Origin: Eledone cirrhosa
Lineage: Eukaryota
Assembly: GCA_964016885.1 (NCBI GenBank)
Contig: OZ024746.1
Coordinates: forward strand, 43,648,001 to 43,712,000
Direction: 5' to 3'
Length of the DNA: 64,000 bases
Under the pieces are notes generated by a model, which saw only the letters and a program-made list of their open reading frames with translations, was not told where the DNA came from and made no database searches. The translations under genes and the position numbers were made by a program. Shown piece by piece: positions 38,895 to 54,014 of this stretch; within the stretch, counting starts at the first letter, position 1; each line of letters opens with the position of its first letter.

Positions 38895-39060
38895 CAGGTG
38901 GCGAATTGGCGGAGTGTTTAGAACATCCAATAGAATGCTTTGCAGTATTCATTCTGGCTCTCTTTCTCTGAGATCAAATCCAGCCAAGGACAACCTTGCC
39001 TTTCAGCCATTTGGAGTTGATAAAAAAAGTACCAATCAAGTACAGGAGTTGATTCTTCCT
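38895..39060 (+). mobile_element. Older SINE related to family A
   Basis: ggtggcgaattggcggagt head, ctgagatcaaatcc, and gcctttcagcc...gataaaaaaagtacca. Confidence 0.7.
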
Positions 39061-39559
39061 CTATATCTATTTCTCACTTTCCTTTTCTCACTGTCAATCC
39101 TTCTCTGGAGAGAATCTGCTGTGTTCAGACCTGGAGATTGAATTGTCTTGCCAAGCTTAAAATGCCCCAGAAATGCAATATAATGGCACTCTATGACTCC
39201 AACAAAAGTTACAAAACTATCACAAGATATCTGGTTACTGTTGGTTGTCTAGTTGAACAAAATGAATATCTCACATTTCAAAATTTCAATCTTAATTGTT
39301 ATTCTTTTACTTTATCTTCAAACCATGTAGCTTAACACATCAGCACAAAATTTGGAGTACAAATAAAAGAAATGTCTTTTGATTGTATTAAATACCGTAT
39401 TTCCCAGCGTCGAATATGCTACTTTTTTCCTAAAACATGTCTAAAAAATCTACCATGCATCTTGGAGGCCAAAGGTTGTTTATTATCTTTTTCAAAAATT
39501 TTGGTTGTCAAAATTAGGGTGCTTCCTTGTGGGAAATACAGTACATTATTTTTATTTAT

Positions 39560-39752
39560 GAGGGCGGTGGATTGGCAATATTGGTAGAGGGTCGGACGCC
39601 ATGCTTTGATGCATAGAGTTATGGCCCTTGCCATTCTGAGTTCAAATCCTGCCGAGGTTAACTTTGCCTTTCATCCTTATGGGGTCGATAAAATAAAGTA
39701 CCAGTAATGCACTGGGTAATTGCTGGCCTTGTGCCAAAAAGTAGAAACAATT
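39560..39752 (+). mobile_element. Full-length SINE family A
   Basis: A-box-like tggcaatattgg, B-box gagttcaaatcc and full body. TSD of about 15 bp (39545-39559 / 39750-39764, 1 mismatch). Confidence 0.92.
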
Positions 39753-42700
39753 ATTTTTATGTATTTTGTTATGGAAGAGATAGGGTATTAGTAGTTCTCA
39801 AGTGTGTTATTGGGGAAATTATTTAACCCTAATCCAGTTCTGATAAAAAATGGCTCATGATGAGAGGCATTCAAGTCACGTCCACCCATTCATTTTCAGG
39901 AGAGTGTACCTCTTGAATATATTTTTTAATATGTTCTAATTTAAGATAGTAAGAATTTGGTTTTAGGACAATTTTGTTGCTATGTCTTCAGATTAAATGA
40001 CTAAATGGGTACTATAATCTTAAATATCTCTACAGGTCCAATGTCTTATTAATACATATAGATGATTCAAAGGAGCTGGAAATAGAATTGAAATTTTGTT
40101 TATGGGTTGACATAAATTTTATTCTGACCAAATGAGTAGCTCAGTTTAGAATTTAAAGATCTTGACTTTGCTAGATAGACATTTAATGTATATCATAGCA
40201 GTCTAGGATTTGGAGAGATGTGTTTTAGATGTGCAGAAAATGCAGATTACACCAAAGATGTTATGCAAAATAAATTATAAAGTTTTATTCTCTTATAATC
40301 ACAGAAGTGGGAATTCCTTTTCTGCTAACCGAACAATTAATTTGTCTGCAGCAAGCTCGATCACCAAGACAATTACTGTCATACATAAAAAGGCTTCTCT
40401 GCATCAAGAATTTCAAAAACTGTGTAGTATCATTGAATACAGAAAGGAACACAGTGTTCTTCAAAGGTAGTTGTGAGAATGTACAAATGTATCTAGGAAG
40501 TGAGCATGCCATGTGTGCACATAGAAGTAAGTCTGTATGATGTGCGTGTGCATTTAATATTTTACGTTCCTTCTAAACCATGCGATTTTAGAAAAGCTGA
40601 GCTAGAAGTAAATCAGCATAGTACATGATGATGCTTTAGGATCATTGGTGTAGGATGACCCTGGCCACATTGAACAAGAAGAACATTAAGTTCTGACCAT
40701 GAAAATGTGGCTGAATCAGGTCGTTTGATGCTGTAGTTACCTTAATGAATAACTTCAATTGAAGAAGTATCCTCATTAAATTGGTCACAGTAATAATTTC
40801 TTGCATTTAAATAGAGTCAGGTTTGAGCTCTGATCACAGTTAATAAAAATCACTATTTGAGTTGTTAGTAAAAACCCATCTGTTAGAGTTAGCACTACAT
40901 AGTTCTGGCATCTGTGTCACTTCTGCAATTGCTTGTATGGCTATTCTATCTACTGACTAGTTTTGCCTGTTAATAATACCTAGTGCTAAAAACTGACTAT
41001 TTGGTATAAATGATCCTTTAGATCTACTACTCCCTCTGGTATTGCAACTGAGCCATGCTGAAGCTACTACTTATCTTTGTAGCCAGATCTGTGCACTACA
41101 ATTTAACAAAATATTTGGTAAATATATACTTCTCTTGTGTAGATTGATAAGTTATCTATTTACAACTAAGTGAATTAAAGAAAGAATTAAGTAACTCCAT
41201 TTTCAACAAAGCTCAGAATTAATGATTGTGTTTATCTATTCCAGCATGTAAAACGACCAATTAAGTGGATTATGATGTTGATAATGATGATACGTAGAGG
41301 ATTTTTTTCTGGGCATCTGACACCTTAATATCTCAATTAGTAAATGTTTAAACTCTAAAAGATAAAACTTCCTACAGATATAGCCATAACTTATTCCTAG
41401 TATTCTTTTTATGTGAGGAAATACTATTATTTTCTTAGTTTATTTACTCTAAAAACATGACCTTTCTATATTTGGGAATAATTTTATTCGCATGATGAAT
41501 TTTACTAGACTTGCAATAAAAAGTTGTTTAATTATTTCCTCAGTCATACGAAAGTTTCTATTAATAGGAAGTAAGAATAGAAGCTCCTTACAAATAGAAA
41601 ATAGTCAATTGCTTCTAGCCAATTTTATAAACATAATTAGCAGAAACAAGGCAATCATGATAAAACATTAACATTGTTATTTTCTCAATTATTTATAATC
41701 AATGACATTTTTGTTTAGCTTTACGAATTTACCCACCAGTTCCCAAATTTTGATTTCAAGTCTCTCAATAATTATAGGTTTCAGGCTGAATTTTAGCATT
41801 TATAGCCACTTGTGCTATGCTGTTTCCAATTTAATTTCTTTACAATTTCAGAAAATAAAAAGTAGCGTTAAGTAAGGACTGAAAATATGGATTAACATTA
41901 AACCTCAGATGTTATTTAAATTCTTTGTATTCTTACTTGTCTTTAAATTTGCTAATTTTTATTGTGAGTAATTAAAGATAGTATTGATATAAGATCTCAT
42001 TACACTACTATTGTTTCAATGCAATAGTGAATTAATAATTATTCATATTGTGAATATGAAAATGTCAATATATAGAACCCTCGAAAAATTTAATTTCTAA
42101 ATTTAATTTCAAATTTCCAATTTTGGACAATTTTATATCAGGGGAAGTTTAATTTTTCAAGAAAATCTTTACAAATTAAAAATTTCAATTTTTGAGATTT
42201 CAGCTATGTAAACAAATTTCATTGCTTTTGTTCTAGAATTAACAAAAGATATTACCTTACATATTTTCACTAAGAACATAAAAAGAAAATTAGTGTTATA
42301 TGACTTTCATCACCATTGTCTAGCATTTTATTTTTAGACATTTTTTTCAATATGAATACTCTAACAATTATGGTTTAGCCAAGGAAAATTTATATATAAT
42401 GAAAACAATGAGAGCTTATTTCAAGTGCTTGCGAACATTGAATTCGTTTTCATTAAGTTTTATTCGTAATAATAAATTATGTAAGCAATCTTTCTTGCTA
42501 ACCTTTTTGGTAAATGTTCTATAGTTAAGATTGGAAAGAACATAATTGTTATAAGTATTAAAGTATAAGTATGTAAAAATTGTGATTCTAAAAACTGACT
42601 GCAACAAATCCTAACATTTTCTCATAACACTATCAAGCAAAGAAAATATGTTACTTGGGAGATTTGATAACTCTTTATTTTGAATAATTTTCCATTTTTG

Positions 42701-43029
42701 TACGACTTAACATTTGTGTAACTATGAATATTTTTCAAATGAACCAAAGGAGTGTCACTTTTGTTCCAGTTGGCTAGATTCTAAATTTTAGCCCTTCAAA
42801 AACAATATATGTATGAAACTATTAAGTTAATGTGCATTATCTAGAGATAGAATTATTAACTTCAGCCGTAGATCGATTCATTCTAAACATTACCAACCAA
42901 TACATTCTATGTTTTCAGACTATTACATTTACCCATCACATCATTCCTTATGCAGAGCTTCCATTACAGTTTTGGGATGGGGGCTTAAGTATATATACTG
43001 TACATGTGTATTCTTAATATTAGCTCATG

Positions 43030-43180
43030 CTGAGTTCAAATCTTGCTGAGGTTAACTTTGTCTTTCATCCTTATTGAATCGATACAATAAAGTACCAGTT
43101 AAGTAGTAGAGTCGATGTAATCGACTTTCCCTTCCCCAAAAATTGTTGGCCTTGTACCTGAATCGGAAACCATTATTATT
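43030..43180 (+). mobile_element. SINE related to family A (longer 3' variant)
   Basis: Shared B-box and core, plus a gtcgatgtaatcgact...ccccaaaaattg insert and an (ATT)n tail. Confidence 0.8.
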
Positions 43181-44024
43181 AGCTCGTGTTTTTTTTTATC
43201 ACAAATATTAGACTAAGAAAGACATTAAAAACATGATCATATTAACATATTTAGAATCAATAGCAAGTCAGTGTAGTAAAAACCAAACCAGAAGTATATT
43301 GAAACAAATTATTGGCGGGGTCTAAGTCCCGAAAGTGCTTTAACATTTGAACGCTTGTTATGCAAGAAATACAGGATAGCAGCAACAACTACAATCTCAA
43401 TCACAAATACAATTCATACTAATAAAGTATTTGATTTCATTCTCCAGTACACATATATACACAAGTAATTAACATCACCTTATGTAGCAATAAATAATGT
43501 TAACTGGCAAGCTATCCATTCAGTTGGCAAGCTTATGTAGTATATGAAACAACACGATGAGAATTTCTAATTATCTGAATCGAATAACTCTAAAATCTCT
43601 CTTTGACCTATAGCCATATGACATACAAACACTCTACAAAACATACACATAGTAACATATACAAATGATATCATAATCACATCCACCTACACTTCTGCTA
43701 CTCTAACTTAAATGAATTTAATAAATTAAATAATAAAATTAATCACCATAGAAAAGGTGGACAAAGTAAAAATAAAACTAAAACCTATATAGAGCATCCA
43801 GATTTACCATACTTCCTCAACAAAAAGAAATAACAATACCGGTAAATAAATTAAATCCAGGCTGGAACATGCGAGACCAGCTTATCCCATGACCTCTCTA
43901 CAACAAACCAAACTAAATTACAGAGGACACAAAACAGTACACATTGTATTATCCCTGGTTGTCCACATACATCAACCCTACATCACCTAAATAACAGAAT
44001 AGAACTACTAGTGAATGAAAATAC

Positions 44025-44290
44025 TTGAGGTGTGTGGCCTTACGATCATCATATCATGGGTTTGATTCCTGGACTGCTCTGTGTGTTGTGTTCCTGAGCA
44101 AAACATTTAATTTAACATTGCTCCAGTATACTCAGCTGAAAATGAATACCAGCAGCAAAAACTGCAGGTTTACCCCTGTGATGGACTGGCGCCCTGTCCT
44201 TGGGGAATCTTGTATTCTCAGTCACTTCATGCCATGGAAACCAGAATAAGCACTTGCCTGATGAGCCTCCGGTCTCAAGACAGACTTTGT
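44025..44290 (+). mobile_element. tRNA-derived SINE (family C) with a V-SINE-like central segment
   Basis: gggtttgattcctgg B-box, gttgtgttcctgagcaaaaca, and ccctgtgatggactggcgccctgtcc, which resembles the V-domain motif as I recall it. Confidence 0.65.
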
Positions 44291-47200
44291 ATGAAACTTC
44301 ACCTGGGCATTCAAGTAACTCAGTTTGTTGTCACTGTAAAATTAAACTCTTACCATTCTGTCACTATATATTTAATACAACAAACCAGCATCATCACAGA
44401 ATACTACTACAATGGAGCCAATGGAAGCTCTCTACATGGTCACTTCACATGCTAGAAATAGCAGTCAAATTCCATCAAATCATACCCTCAAAGGAAAGGA
44501 CACATTTGTCAATGTTGTCCTTAAATACCACAAAAATACAATTTGGTCAAGATAAAATGCCTTCTCAATCAGGGTACACCCCAGTCAACACAACAATGAT
44601 TACAACAGCATAATAAAACAACTATATCCTCCACCCCATAGGGAAACATAGAAACACAGGCACAAAAATAATTGAAACAACAATGATGTAATTATTCCTT
44701 ACTCATTTCTAAAATGCTATACTCTAAGGCATACCCCCAATTATGTGCTGTTGACTGAGTTCACTTTATCTTCTGCATCTATACAGAAATAGACTGGACA
44801 GCAGAGAGAGTACAACATTTTTAAATTGCAACATGAGCACCATACAATTATCCACTGCATAATGGAATGTGCATGGTGGCTCTTAGGCAGAGGTAAGTTA
44901 TATCTAGAAAAATGTATATCTGTGTTACATCTAGTTATTAAGCTAACTGCCTCTATGCTAAAGGTCTGCTTGATTACAACTAACCTGCAGGTTATGTAAT
45001 AATAATAGCTGTAATAGTATTTACACAGAGTAATTATATAATTAATTATTATAAAAAGAAATGCGTATACCCATGCAATCCATGCCTGCATAGAAAAGCA
45101 AACTTAATGATGATAATCGTTATTGTCATAATTGCTTTCAAGTAAATAGGTATGATATATCACAACTTTTCTTTTACCATAGGGAACCTGTAAAATCACC
45201 CACTTCATGTAGATAGAAACAGGAAAGACATATATCTCAAAAAGTGTGCAGATGAAAAGAATAAAAGGAAGAGAACAGTTGAATTACTTAGACAAAATTC
45301 AGTTTTTGAGGGTAACAACTAAATTTCTTTAAGAATATAACATTATTATATAGAGAATGTAAAGGATGCCAATGGCATGAGACAATTTGTGGTTTAGACA
45401 AAGTGTTGAGTCTACAGAAGTATTTGGAAAGGGTAATATCTAAAATAATCTGGGAAATATGTGAGTGTTAAGAAAAATCAAAAACATTACAGCCTTTTCT
45501 TTCTCTGTTAGGAAGTAAAATTGGATTTAAAAAATGATTAAACACAGAGTTTATAAAAACACTGAATATAGTGATGATGTAAAACATGAGGAAAACGTTT
45601 CATACATTTCTTATTCTAACTCTGAATCATGCCAAGTTCATCTTTGCCTTTCTTCTTTCCTTAGTCAGTAAAATAAAGTACCATTCATGTACTAGGGTCA
45701 TTTTAATTAACTGTCACACTATGCACAATGTACCTATGTTTGTTATGTATTTACTATTTTTAGATTGTGTCTTATAAATTAAATAATATTTAAAATATTT
45801 AGGTAAGAGAAATAATGAGATTTTAGGATGAAACAGACAAGTAGTAATCAGTTAATATTCTATTTTTTAATATTTTTATCATGAATAATTAAAGAAAGAA
45901 AAGTAAGTACTATTTATCGGTTATGTAATGTAAACTTCAGAGATAATTTGTGTACAAATAATTGGGTTTTAATACCATATGAGGCTTGGCAGGAGGTAGT
46001 TAAATTATTCTTTGCTAGACCTACAGGAAGGAGCACTACCCAAAGTCTCTACAGACTCTTTAAAACCAGTGGCATTTAAAGTTTCACTAAAATTGTTACA
46101 AGTAGATGGCTGTAACATGACATGATTAGAGAGTGAAAAATGAATGAGAACTGTCTGAGTTGGGTGGAGAGAAGTATGAGATGAGCCAGATCTAAGGACT
46201 GTATTGACAGTTTATAGAAAAATAAGTGGCATTAAAATTGAAGTTTGTAATAAAGGAAAGAAAATCAAATTCTACTTATAAAGACCTAGTTGAACTTTTC
46301 TTTCAAATTACCTGATAAAAGATATAAGAGAAATTTCTCATGCTATTATAAAGAAAACAAAATCAAAGACATAAAAAAGTCAAGTTATGCAAATATTTTC
46401 AATCATCTCATCTAAAATATAAACATAGAATGATTCTAAATTCAATATTTTGATACTGAATTATAGATCAATAATGATTACAATGTTTTATGTCAATCAA
46501 TTTTATTTGCTTAGTTTGTACAAAGTCAGAACTTTATCGAGATATTTATATGACGTTTTTTTTTATTAATTTAAGATATCACTAAATTTATGCTATTTAA
46601 GAACCAGACGTATGTATTTTTCATTTGAGTTCATTTATTTTCATTAGTGAAAATAATAACATTTGAAAGTATGGTTAAAGCAACTAATTTAGAAATCATA
46701 CTTATCTCTAAAAGATGTATTTTCTTTGTCATTTGTTAAACTAAAAAGTAGCAGCAGTAATCATAGATATTTTACATCCATCAAAATCTGTATGATACTG
46801 ATGTACATCAGTAAGAAGAAAGATAAATACATCAATTGTGCTGACTTGGATATTGCATAAATCAAACACAGACAGAGCGAGAGAAAGAGATTTAGTGTTT
46901 AGAAAAAGTTGCTGTATAAGCAGTCATCTTCTAAATAGATGTTGCTTTCTTGTATTGGCTTTTGACTGTATTGTTGCTGTTGTTCAGTGCTGATCAAACA
47001 GACCTATGCACAAAACCATTCACGCATAACAAGCAGTCATATTTTTCGTACTGTGTTGCCTTTTATGAAATAATTAAGTACAATACGAAGGAAATATGGT
47101 TGCCATTTTGAGCAGATCAAGTGACCACATAGTGTCCCTTGTTAACTTAAAATGAAGGCACTTCAATGTAAAATAAAAATATTGTTAAGAACAGCAAATA

Positions 47201-47490
47201 TTTCAATTACATATACATATAGTCTGCCCTCATACTTTATAATTCTATTTCTTCATATCATTACTGTTGTTAATATGTAATCTAACACTACTGCTTGCTA
47301 TGATATTTATAAAGAGAGACACACATATCAGTTTATTGAAATTAAATAAAAGTGTTGCAATAATATTGTAATTAACCAACTAATATATAATATCAAATAG
47401 ATTAAGACTTGCAATTTAATAAATAATTTCCAAACTGCATTCAGTCATTATAAAATGAAGTATTGAATACTACAATTGTCTCTAAATATA

Positions 47491-47679
47491 ATTGTTTCTA
47501 CTTTTGGCACAAGGCCAGCAATTACCAGTTCATTACTGGTACTTTACTTTATCGAACCCGTAAGGATGAAAGGCAAAGTTAACCTCGGCGGGTTTTGAAC
47601 TCAGAATGGCAAGGGCCACAACTCTATGCATCAAAGCATGGTGTCCGACCTTCTACCGATACTGCCAATCCACTGCCCT
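47491..47679 (-). mobile_element. Full-length SINE family A with 17-bp TSD
   Basis: Reverse complement of the 39560 copy. TSD ttgtctctaaatataat at 47476-47492 and 47679-47695. Confidence 0.92.
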
Positions 47680-50004
47680 TGTCTCTAAATATAATGAAGT
47701 ATGAATATAACATCATTAAAACTGTGTTAAAGGAGCTTAAAACAATCCTGTGAGTCAATTAAAATCACTAGTTAAGAATTAACTAAATATATTTATATTT
47801 AAAAAAATCTAACTGCATTACAAACACACGCACTCATACACATATATACATATATGTAGGTTCCACAGTTAAACAAGTTACTCAATACATTGTAGAATAT
47901 AGGCATCTTTATTATATATAGAAATTATTTCTACAAGATTAGAACTGTTTCATTCATATGAAATCATTAGAGGAATGTTCTGATATATCTATTTATATTT
48001 AAAAAAAAAAAAAATAATAGGTGAGTACAAATTCTGTTAGCATCTCGTTGCCTAATAGCATATAAACTAATGTTTTTGATAGCAATTGGCATTGAGATGA
48101 CGATTGTGTGGAGCAATCTAATTACAGGTGGAAAGTGAGACAGAATTATTGATATTGAACAGCCTTTTGTAAGTGAAATGGTTAAATGATCAAGTAACAT
48201 ATTTACAGCAATAATAGACAACTTCAACTGAACTTCAGCAACAGATCGTGATATGTATGAATCAATGGAAAATAAAGAGCAACTACATTTAGGAATTCTT
48301 TAGCGATATTTATTCTATTTAAACTAAAAGCTGTATTATATACTGACTATTTTATGGTTTGTTCTTGTGGTGAAGGACATTATAGTATGTAATATATTGA
48401 ATCTTATATGAAAAGTTGCTACTGTCGAGAATCACATGATAATAATGTGAATGTGGATAATGAATAGATATGTTTACTCACATTAGAAATTATATTAAAA
48501 TGTTGGACTGGTGGTTGGAATTATTGATATATAATATTGTTCATTATGTTTTTGAATTCCTTTGTAACGAAATGATTTCTAAAATACTAATTGTACACTG
48601 AAGTTCTTAAGCTTAGACAATTGAATCATCATCACCATTTTTATATCCACCTCTCTATTGGGAGGGTTGGACTGGATATTTTGAGACAAAGTTTTACAGC
48701 TAATTGCTCTTCTTCGTGCCAACCCTATTAGTTGCTTTTTACAATATGCAGAGATATGATATAACAATTCTGAAAACGTGTAACTCGTGGGGGGAGTTGT
48801 AAGGGTGCCATATAAAACATTTAAAATCCAACAGAGCCCAAGTCTAAAATAAGACTGTCAAACTGGTTTATGGACAGTATTGAAATTGCAAAATATAGAG
48901 CAAGGAATATTTTAAATGCCAATGAATTACATATTTAACTCTTGTTTGATACCAAGTATAATTTTTTTCTATCATCATAGCATTGATATAGCAGCATACA
49001 CACACACATCTATATATATATGTTACCTGGTCAAATACAACACCAAACACTATACTGTACTCATGGAATATATGAACCTTTAATATGTTAAGTCTACATT
49101 AATTCCAGCCTTCTGATATAATAGAAATGCTATGTGACCTCAATGAAGCAGTGCCAGACACTACTGACACATGTGCCACCTTGCGAAACACAGTCAATAC
49201 ATTCAGAGATAGTGTTACAAAGAAATATGTTTTTAAACTTCTGTGCTCCTGTTATCAAATATGATGACAGTTTTATTAATTATGGAGAATGTTTTTCCAT
49301 AATTTGTATTACAAATATATATGTAACACTTACTCCAACCCATTCTTATTTACATTCTGTTGCTTTCTTACTTTGATAGCAAATAAACATATAAAACACA
49401 TATAAAACACATGACTATCATATGTAGATTTACCATGGAATCACATATATATAATTCTAAGTCGAGAAACATAAATTTGTAAGTGATAAGAGGGCTCTTC
49501 AGTCAGAAGAAGAACATGACAACCTTTCTAATAAAATAAACACGATTGAACAAGATGTTGTCCCTGGTTCCATCTAGAAAACTAGAAACTCTAAGTAGTA
49601 AATTTGCATGTAACAACACAACTGACCCATGCCAGCAGTGAAAATGTATATAAAATGATGATAGTAAAGATCCAAAACAATTACACCCATAACATAAACA
49701 TAGACAGAAGCCAAATCTGATATGTTCTAAAATATATTTGAAATGTTTTAACAGAAAACGCAGTACATACCTATTCACAGTAAAAGATAAATATATTGGG
49801 AAAAAATCAGTTAAACACATTGAAATGTAAGCCATGAATGAAAAACACCAAGTAAATAATATAAAACCAAAGGTACAAATACTATTCAGCTTACCATAAT
49901 AGTATTGTATACTGAAACCAAACAAAAACATTAACCAAAACTTAATGATATTATAATCAAAATACAACTAGAATTTTTTTATGAAGAATAACATGAGTAA
50001 AATT

Positions 50005-50071
50005 ACACACACACACACACATTATATATATATATACACACACACACACACATATACACATATACACACAT

Positions 50072-50120
<49 letters not shown>

Positions 50121-50135
50121 CATACATATACATAC
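50005..50135. repeat. Compound (CA)n/(TA)n microsatellite
   Basis: Seen directly. Confidence 0.95.
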
Positions 50136-52354
50136 TTTTTATGTTCAAACCTGCTATAACCAGATGCTTATACTGATGTTAAAGTATTGTTCTCAAAATA
50201 GATAATATCAAAATATCATAGATTCGATATTATGTGAGATATTATTTGAAATAAAGTGTTTAATGCCAAAATATAATAGTAAATATAGAATAATGTAAAT
50301 GCTAAAGGGTTAAACTCTAGTGGAGAGACATGCTCTTACTTTATTATTCACTCACTACTGCTACAACAGAGGCTTTTGATTCTCAGCTAACTAGTTCCAC
50401 TCAATATTTCAGCTCTAGGGATATCAAAAAGGCAACAGATTCTGATTGTATCACTTTGAATATTCTTAAGTGTTGCACGTACCTGATCCCTCCTATTCAA
50501 GCTAAACTTGAGCAGAAAATTAGCACCTTCATTTCACCATTTACTGGACTCTCCCTCTAATATAACAAATGTTTACCTGCATCCTTGATTAAGAGATCCT
50601 TATATAATCTGCCAGTATCTATTAATTACAAAATATAATGTTTCAATTAACCATTTTTCTATAGAAAAGAAAAATGTTTTGGACTTAGAAATATCTAATA
50701 TATTGCTGCTTGAAAAAACTGAATTATAGCTACAAGATATAAATTAAATTTAATGTCGCAATTAGCAGTGGAGGCAAAAAAAACTCAAATGAAAAAGAAA
50801 TATGTAAAAGTTTTCATCATTTAAGTTGTGGAATCAATCATTTTCAAGAGCTACACTTTAAATATTTAACTGAAGACATTTTATATGATATTTTAAATAT
50901 GACCTAAACGTCAGTCAAATTTGCATAGTTCCAAACACTGAACTAAAATCTATGTTCTTTGTAAAAGTAAACATTCAATTTCACCAGCATTTTCAGAGGA
51001 CTCATGTCAAAATCTTAATGAATTTCTTGCAACAAATAAAAGTAGCTATCTCTTAATTGATAAAAAAAAGTTTGGATATTTTTAGTGCAAAGAAGTGTTT
51101 CAAGCATAAGTTTTTAAAAAGTGTAAGATTAAAACTGAAATTAAAATCATGGATATGAAACATTGAAAAATATCCTACTGAAAATTAATTTGGTTCTTAG
51201 TTTGTTAGGATAGCAAAAGCTGACCTTTCTTGTGATGCTAACTAGCTCCAATATCGATTGAAGAAATAGACAGTCAAAATAGGAAAAGAAAAAAGAATAA
51301 ATTCAAAATCAATCTTTTTCTCAAAAGAGTCAATTTAAATAACATTCTTTTTCACATAACCTTTCACTGATCGAGCCTAAATATTATTTATTTTCAGTAT
51401 CAGTAAATCAATACTGAGGAGTAGACATTAAACCAACTCAGAGTTAAAGAAAATTTAATATAAAGAAAATCACGGTGTTTTATGAGATTTATATGAAATA
51501 TCAAAAAAAGAACAACATAGTAAATGAAATAAAAAGTAAATCTCTGCTTTGAGATGAACATTCAAACCAAAGATGTCAAAACAGTTAAACAGTCTTCATC
51601 TCAACTACAAGTAAAAAGAAATATATCTAATCTGTAAAGAACAATATATATTCTGAATAATCATTAGTTCTTGCAATAACTGAATATACGGATTCAGAAA
51701 CAAAGATAATTATTTTTTATATGATATATTCCATCAAGACATATAAATCCTGACAAACTTAACTGAACAATGACTAGGCTTTGAGGATTTTCTTTATTAA
51801 GAATTATTTTTAATATATTAAGATAGACTCTATAAAGTTACTGACTTTAGATTAATTCTTTAAATATAATTTAAACAAAGTTTATGACATATCTAAAATA
51901 ACATATCTAAATGTAGTGGGTTGAATTTATTATTTTATTATATCTTTCTATTATTTTTAATATATTTTCTATTACTAACGTAGAAAACAATATAATTGTA
52001 CATGCACATAGCACAAATTCATAGTCAAACATTTTGAAGAGCAGGAATATAGTTGAGGGAATTTATTCAGCATACTATTGGTATAATTTCTATATTTTGT
52101 TTTCAATTATGTTTTTGCTTTTGCAGTGTATATTTGAAAAAAAAACAACTTTAATACTAAAAAGAAAAAAAAATGAAGTTGATATGTCATCGATTTGACA
52201 ATAGATTACCCAGATTAAAATATATCTTTTAATATACAGTTATAAAGTTAGCAAAATCTATTATGGAAACGTTTAGAAGTATATCAATCAAAGATTTGGT
52301 ACTCCTCAAATAACATAGCAGAAACATTTGAGTGTTATCAATAAAGTTTTAAGT

Positions 52355-52715
52355 CTATTCTTTTCTTTCATTCCTGTACTGGTTTCAATCATTGAACTGA
52401 AGCTATGATGGGATATGTACCACCTTAAAGGATTTTAATAAATAATATGACTGTCAGTTCTTTTTCTTTTTAATCTGGTACTTATCTTGTTGATCGCTTA
52501 TTGTCAAACTACTAAGTTGCAGGACATCAACAAATAGCAAACATAAACACAGATATGAACACACACAGGCACACACACATATATATAATGGATTTCCACA
52601 CAGTTTTTGCCTACCAAATTTTACACAAGACATTGGTCAATGCCACACAATGGGACTAAATCTAAGACCACATGGTTGTGAAGCTAATTTTGTATGCTCA
52701 CAGCTGAGCTTGCCT
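52355..52715 (-). mobile_element. Degenerate SINE family B copy
   Basis: Same architecture as 37712-38072 in reverse, with an internal (CA)/(TA) tract. Confidence 0.55.
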
Positions 52716-54014
52716 AAAAAGAAATTAAATAAAATGAAATCAAGAAGGTGGCACTGTTTGATCCCAGAAACTTCTTTCTTGCTTCCTTCAGTCAAAACAA
52801 AAAATGCAATATGCAGTGTGAGGTAGTGTATTTTGTTTAATACTCTACTCTCTCAACCATTTCCACCTCTGTTATATTGAAATATATTAAATGATAATCA
52901 GTACAAATCGAAAATGATAACAAAGAAAATATATTACATGCCTTTAGTTTCTATTTGCTAATCAGACTACATTATCATAGAACATATACTAATGAGATGT
53001 TCATGAATTTATAATATAGGATTTTGTTTTTTTTTTACTGTAACGCACTCTGTGGCATTTTAGATAATGTAACTGATTCCTGTTTTATCTCACAATTATC
53101 TTATTTTCTGGAGAAAGCATTTTGTTAACATGCTGGACAAGAAATTTAATTATATCTGGCGAGGACATCATGTTAAATCAAATGATAATAAGGATAACAA
53201 TAATAACTAATAATTGTAATGGTTATTAGTAGTAGCAGCAGCAGCATTATTATGTCCACTTGGTAGTGAGGAGGGGGAGGAAAAGAAAGAAAGAAAAAAG
53301 ACAGAAAGAAAGAGAAAGAAAGAGAAAGAAAGAGAAAGAAAGAAAGAAGTGGAGTAGGATGAGATAATCACTAAATAAGATGAGATATATGTCATTTTCA
53401 ACACAGTTAAGTTGCTACTTAAGATGTTATTAGTTCATGCAGCTCTTGCCACATTAAGTTTTTTGTTTTAAAATACTAAAAGCAAAAAAATTCAATATTT
53501 TGTATGGTATGATATCTTGAAGTAAAAGAATATTATTCTCTCATTTTACTTGTCCAGGATTCATAAAATTGGTAATAATGATCTTCAGGCTACATAGTTT
53601 TTATCATACAGGGTTAAGGTAGTCATAAATTCCAATAAATGTGTTTTTTTTTAAATATCTAGTAAAACAGTTAACAAACATATTTTCTGTCTCTCTCTTA
53701 GAATGCAAAATATATTTTCACTGAATTAAATAGTGAAGTGATTTATCATCATCATCATTTAATGTCCATTCTTTTATGCCAACAGGAAAATGTGTAATGT
53801 TTGTGGGAAAAATTGGGTATATGAGGAATCAGATGTAGTGTGCAAGAGATAAGACCTGAACAGAATTGATGAGGGTAGATCTAAAATTGCTGAAACCCCA
53901 CAGATGAGATGATGTAGGTCTGAAATGTGGATGCAGGCTGTGCTGAAGATGACTCCTCGAACCTATGCAAGTAGCGGAAATTAGATATATGATAATGGTG
54001 ATATATATATATAA

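Noticed and set aside
39560-39650. tRNA gene
   Set aside because: The A/B boxes belong to a SINE head; no cloverleaf, and it is followed by SINE body with a TSD.
42256-42269. Micro-exon candidates (42256-42269, about 45178-45187) and a 63-nt AT-rich candidate near 4419-4480
   Set aside because: Too short or low-complexity to distinguish from chance without RNA data.
44236-44280. Hammerhead at cctgatgagcc in SINE family C
   Set aside because: No GAAA after stem II and no consistent stems I/III.
44735-44778. Minus-strand exon candidates at 44735-44778 and 50483-50556
   Set aside because: Splice-like signals are present but all three frames contain stops; at most UTR or chance.
49503-49967. 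154-aa hydrophobic ORF
   Set aside because: Composition reflects T-rich strand bias; no motif or splice support.
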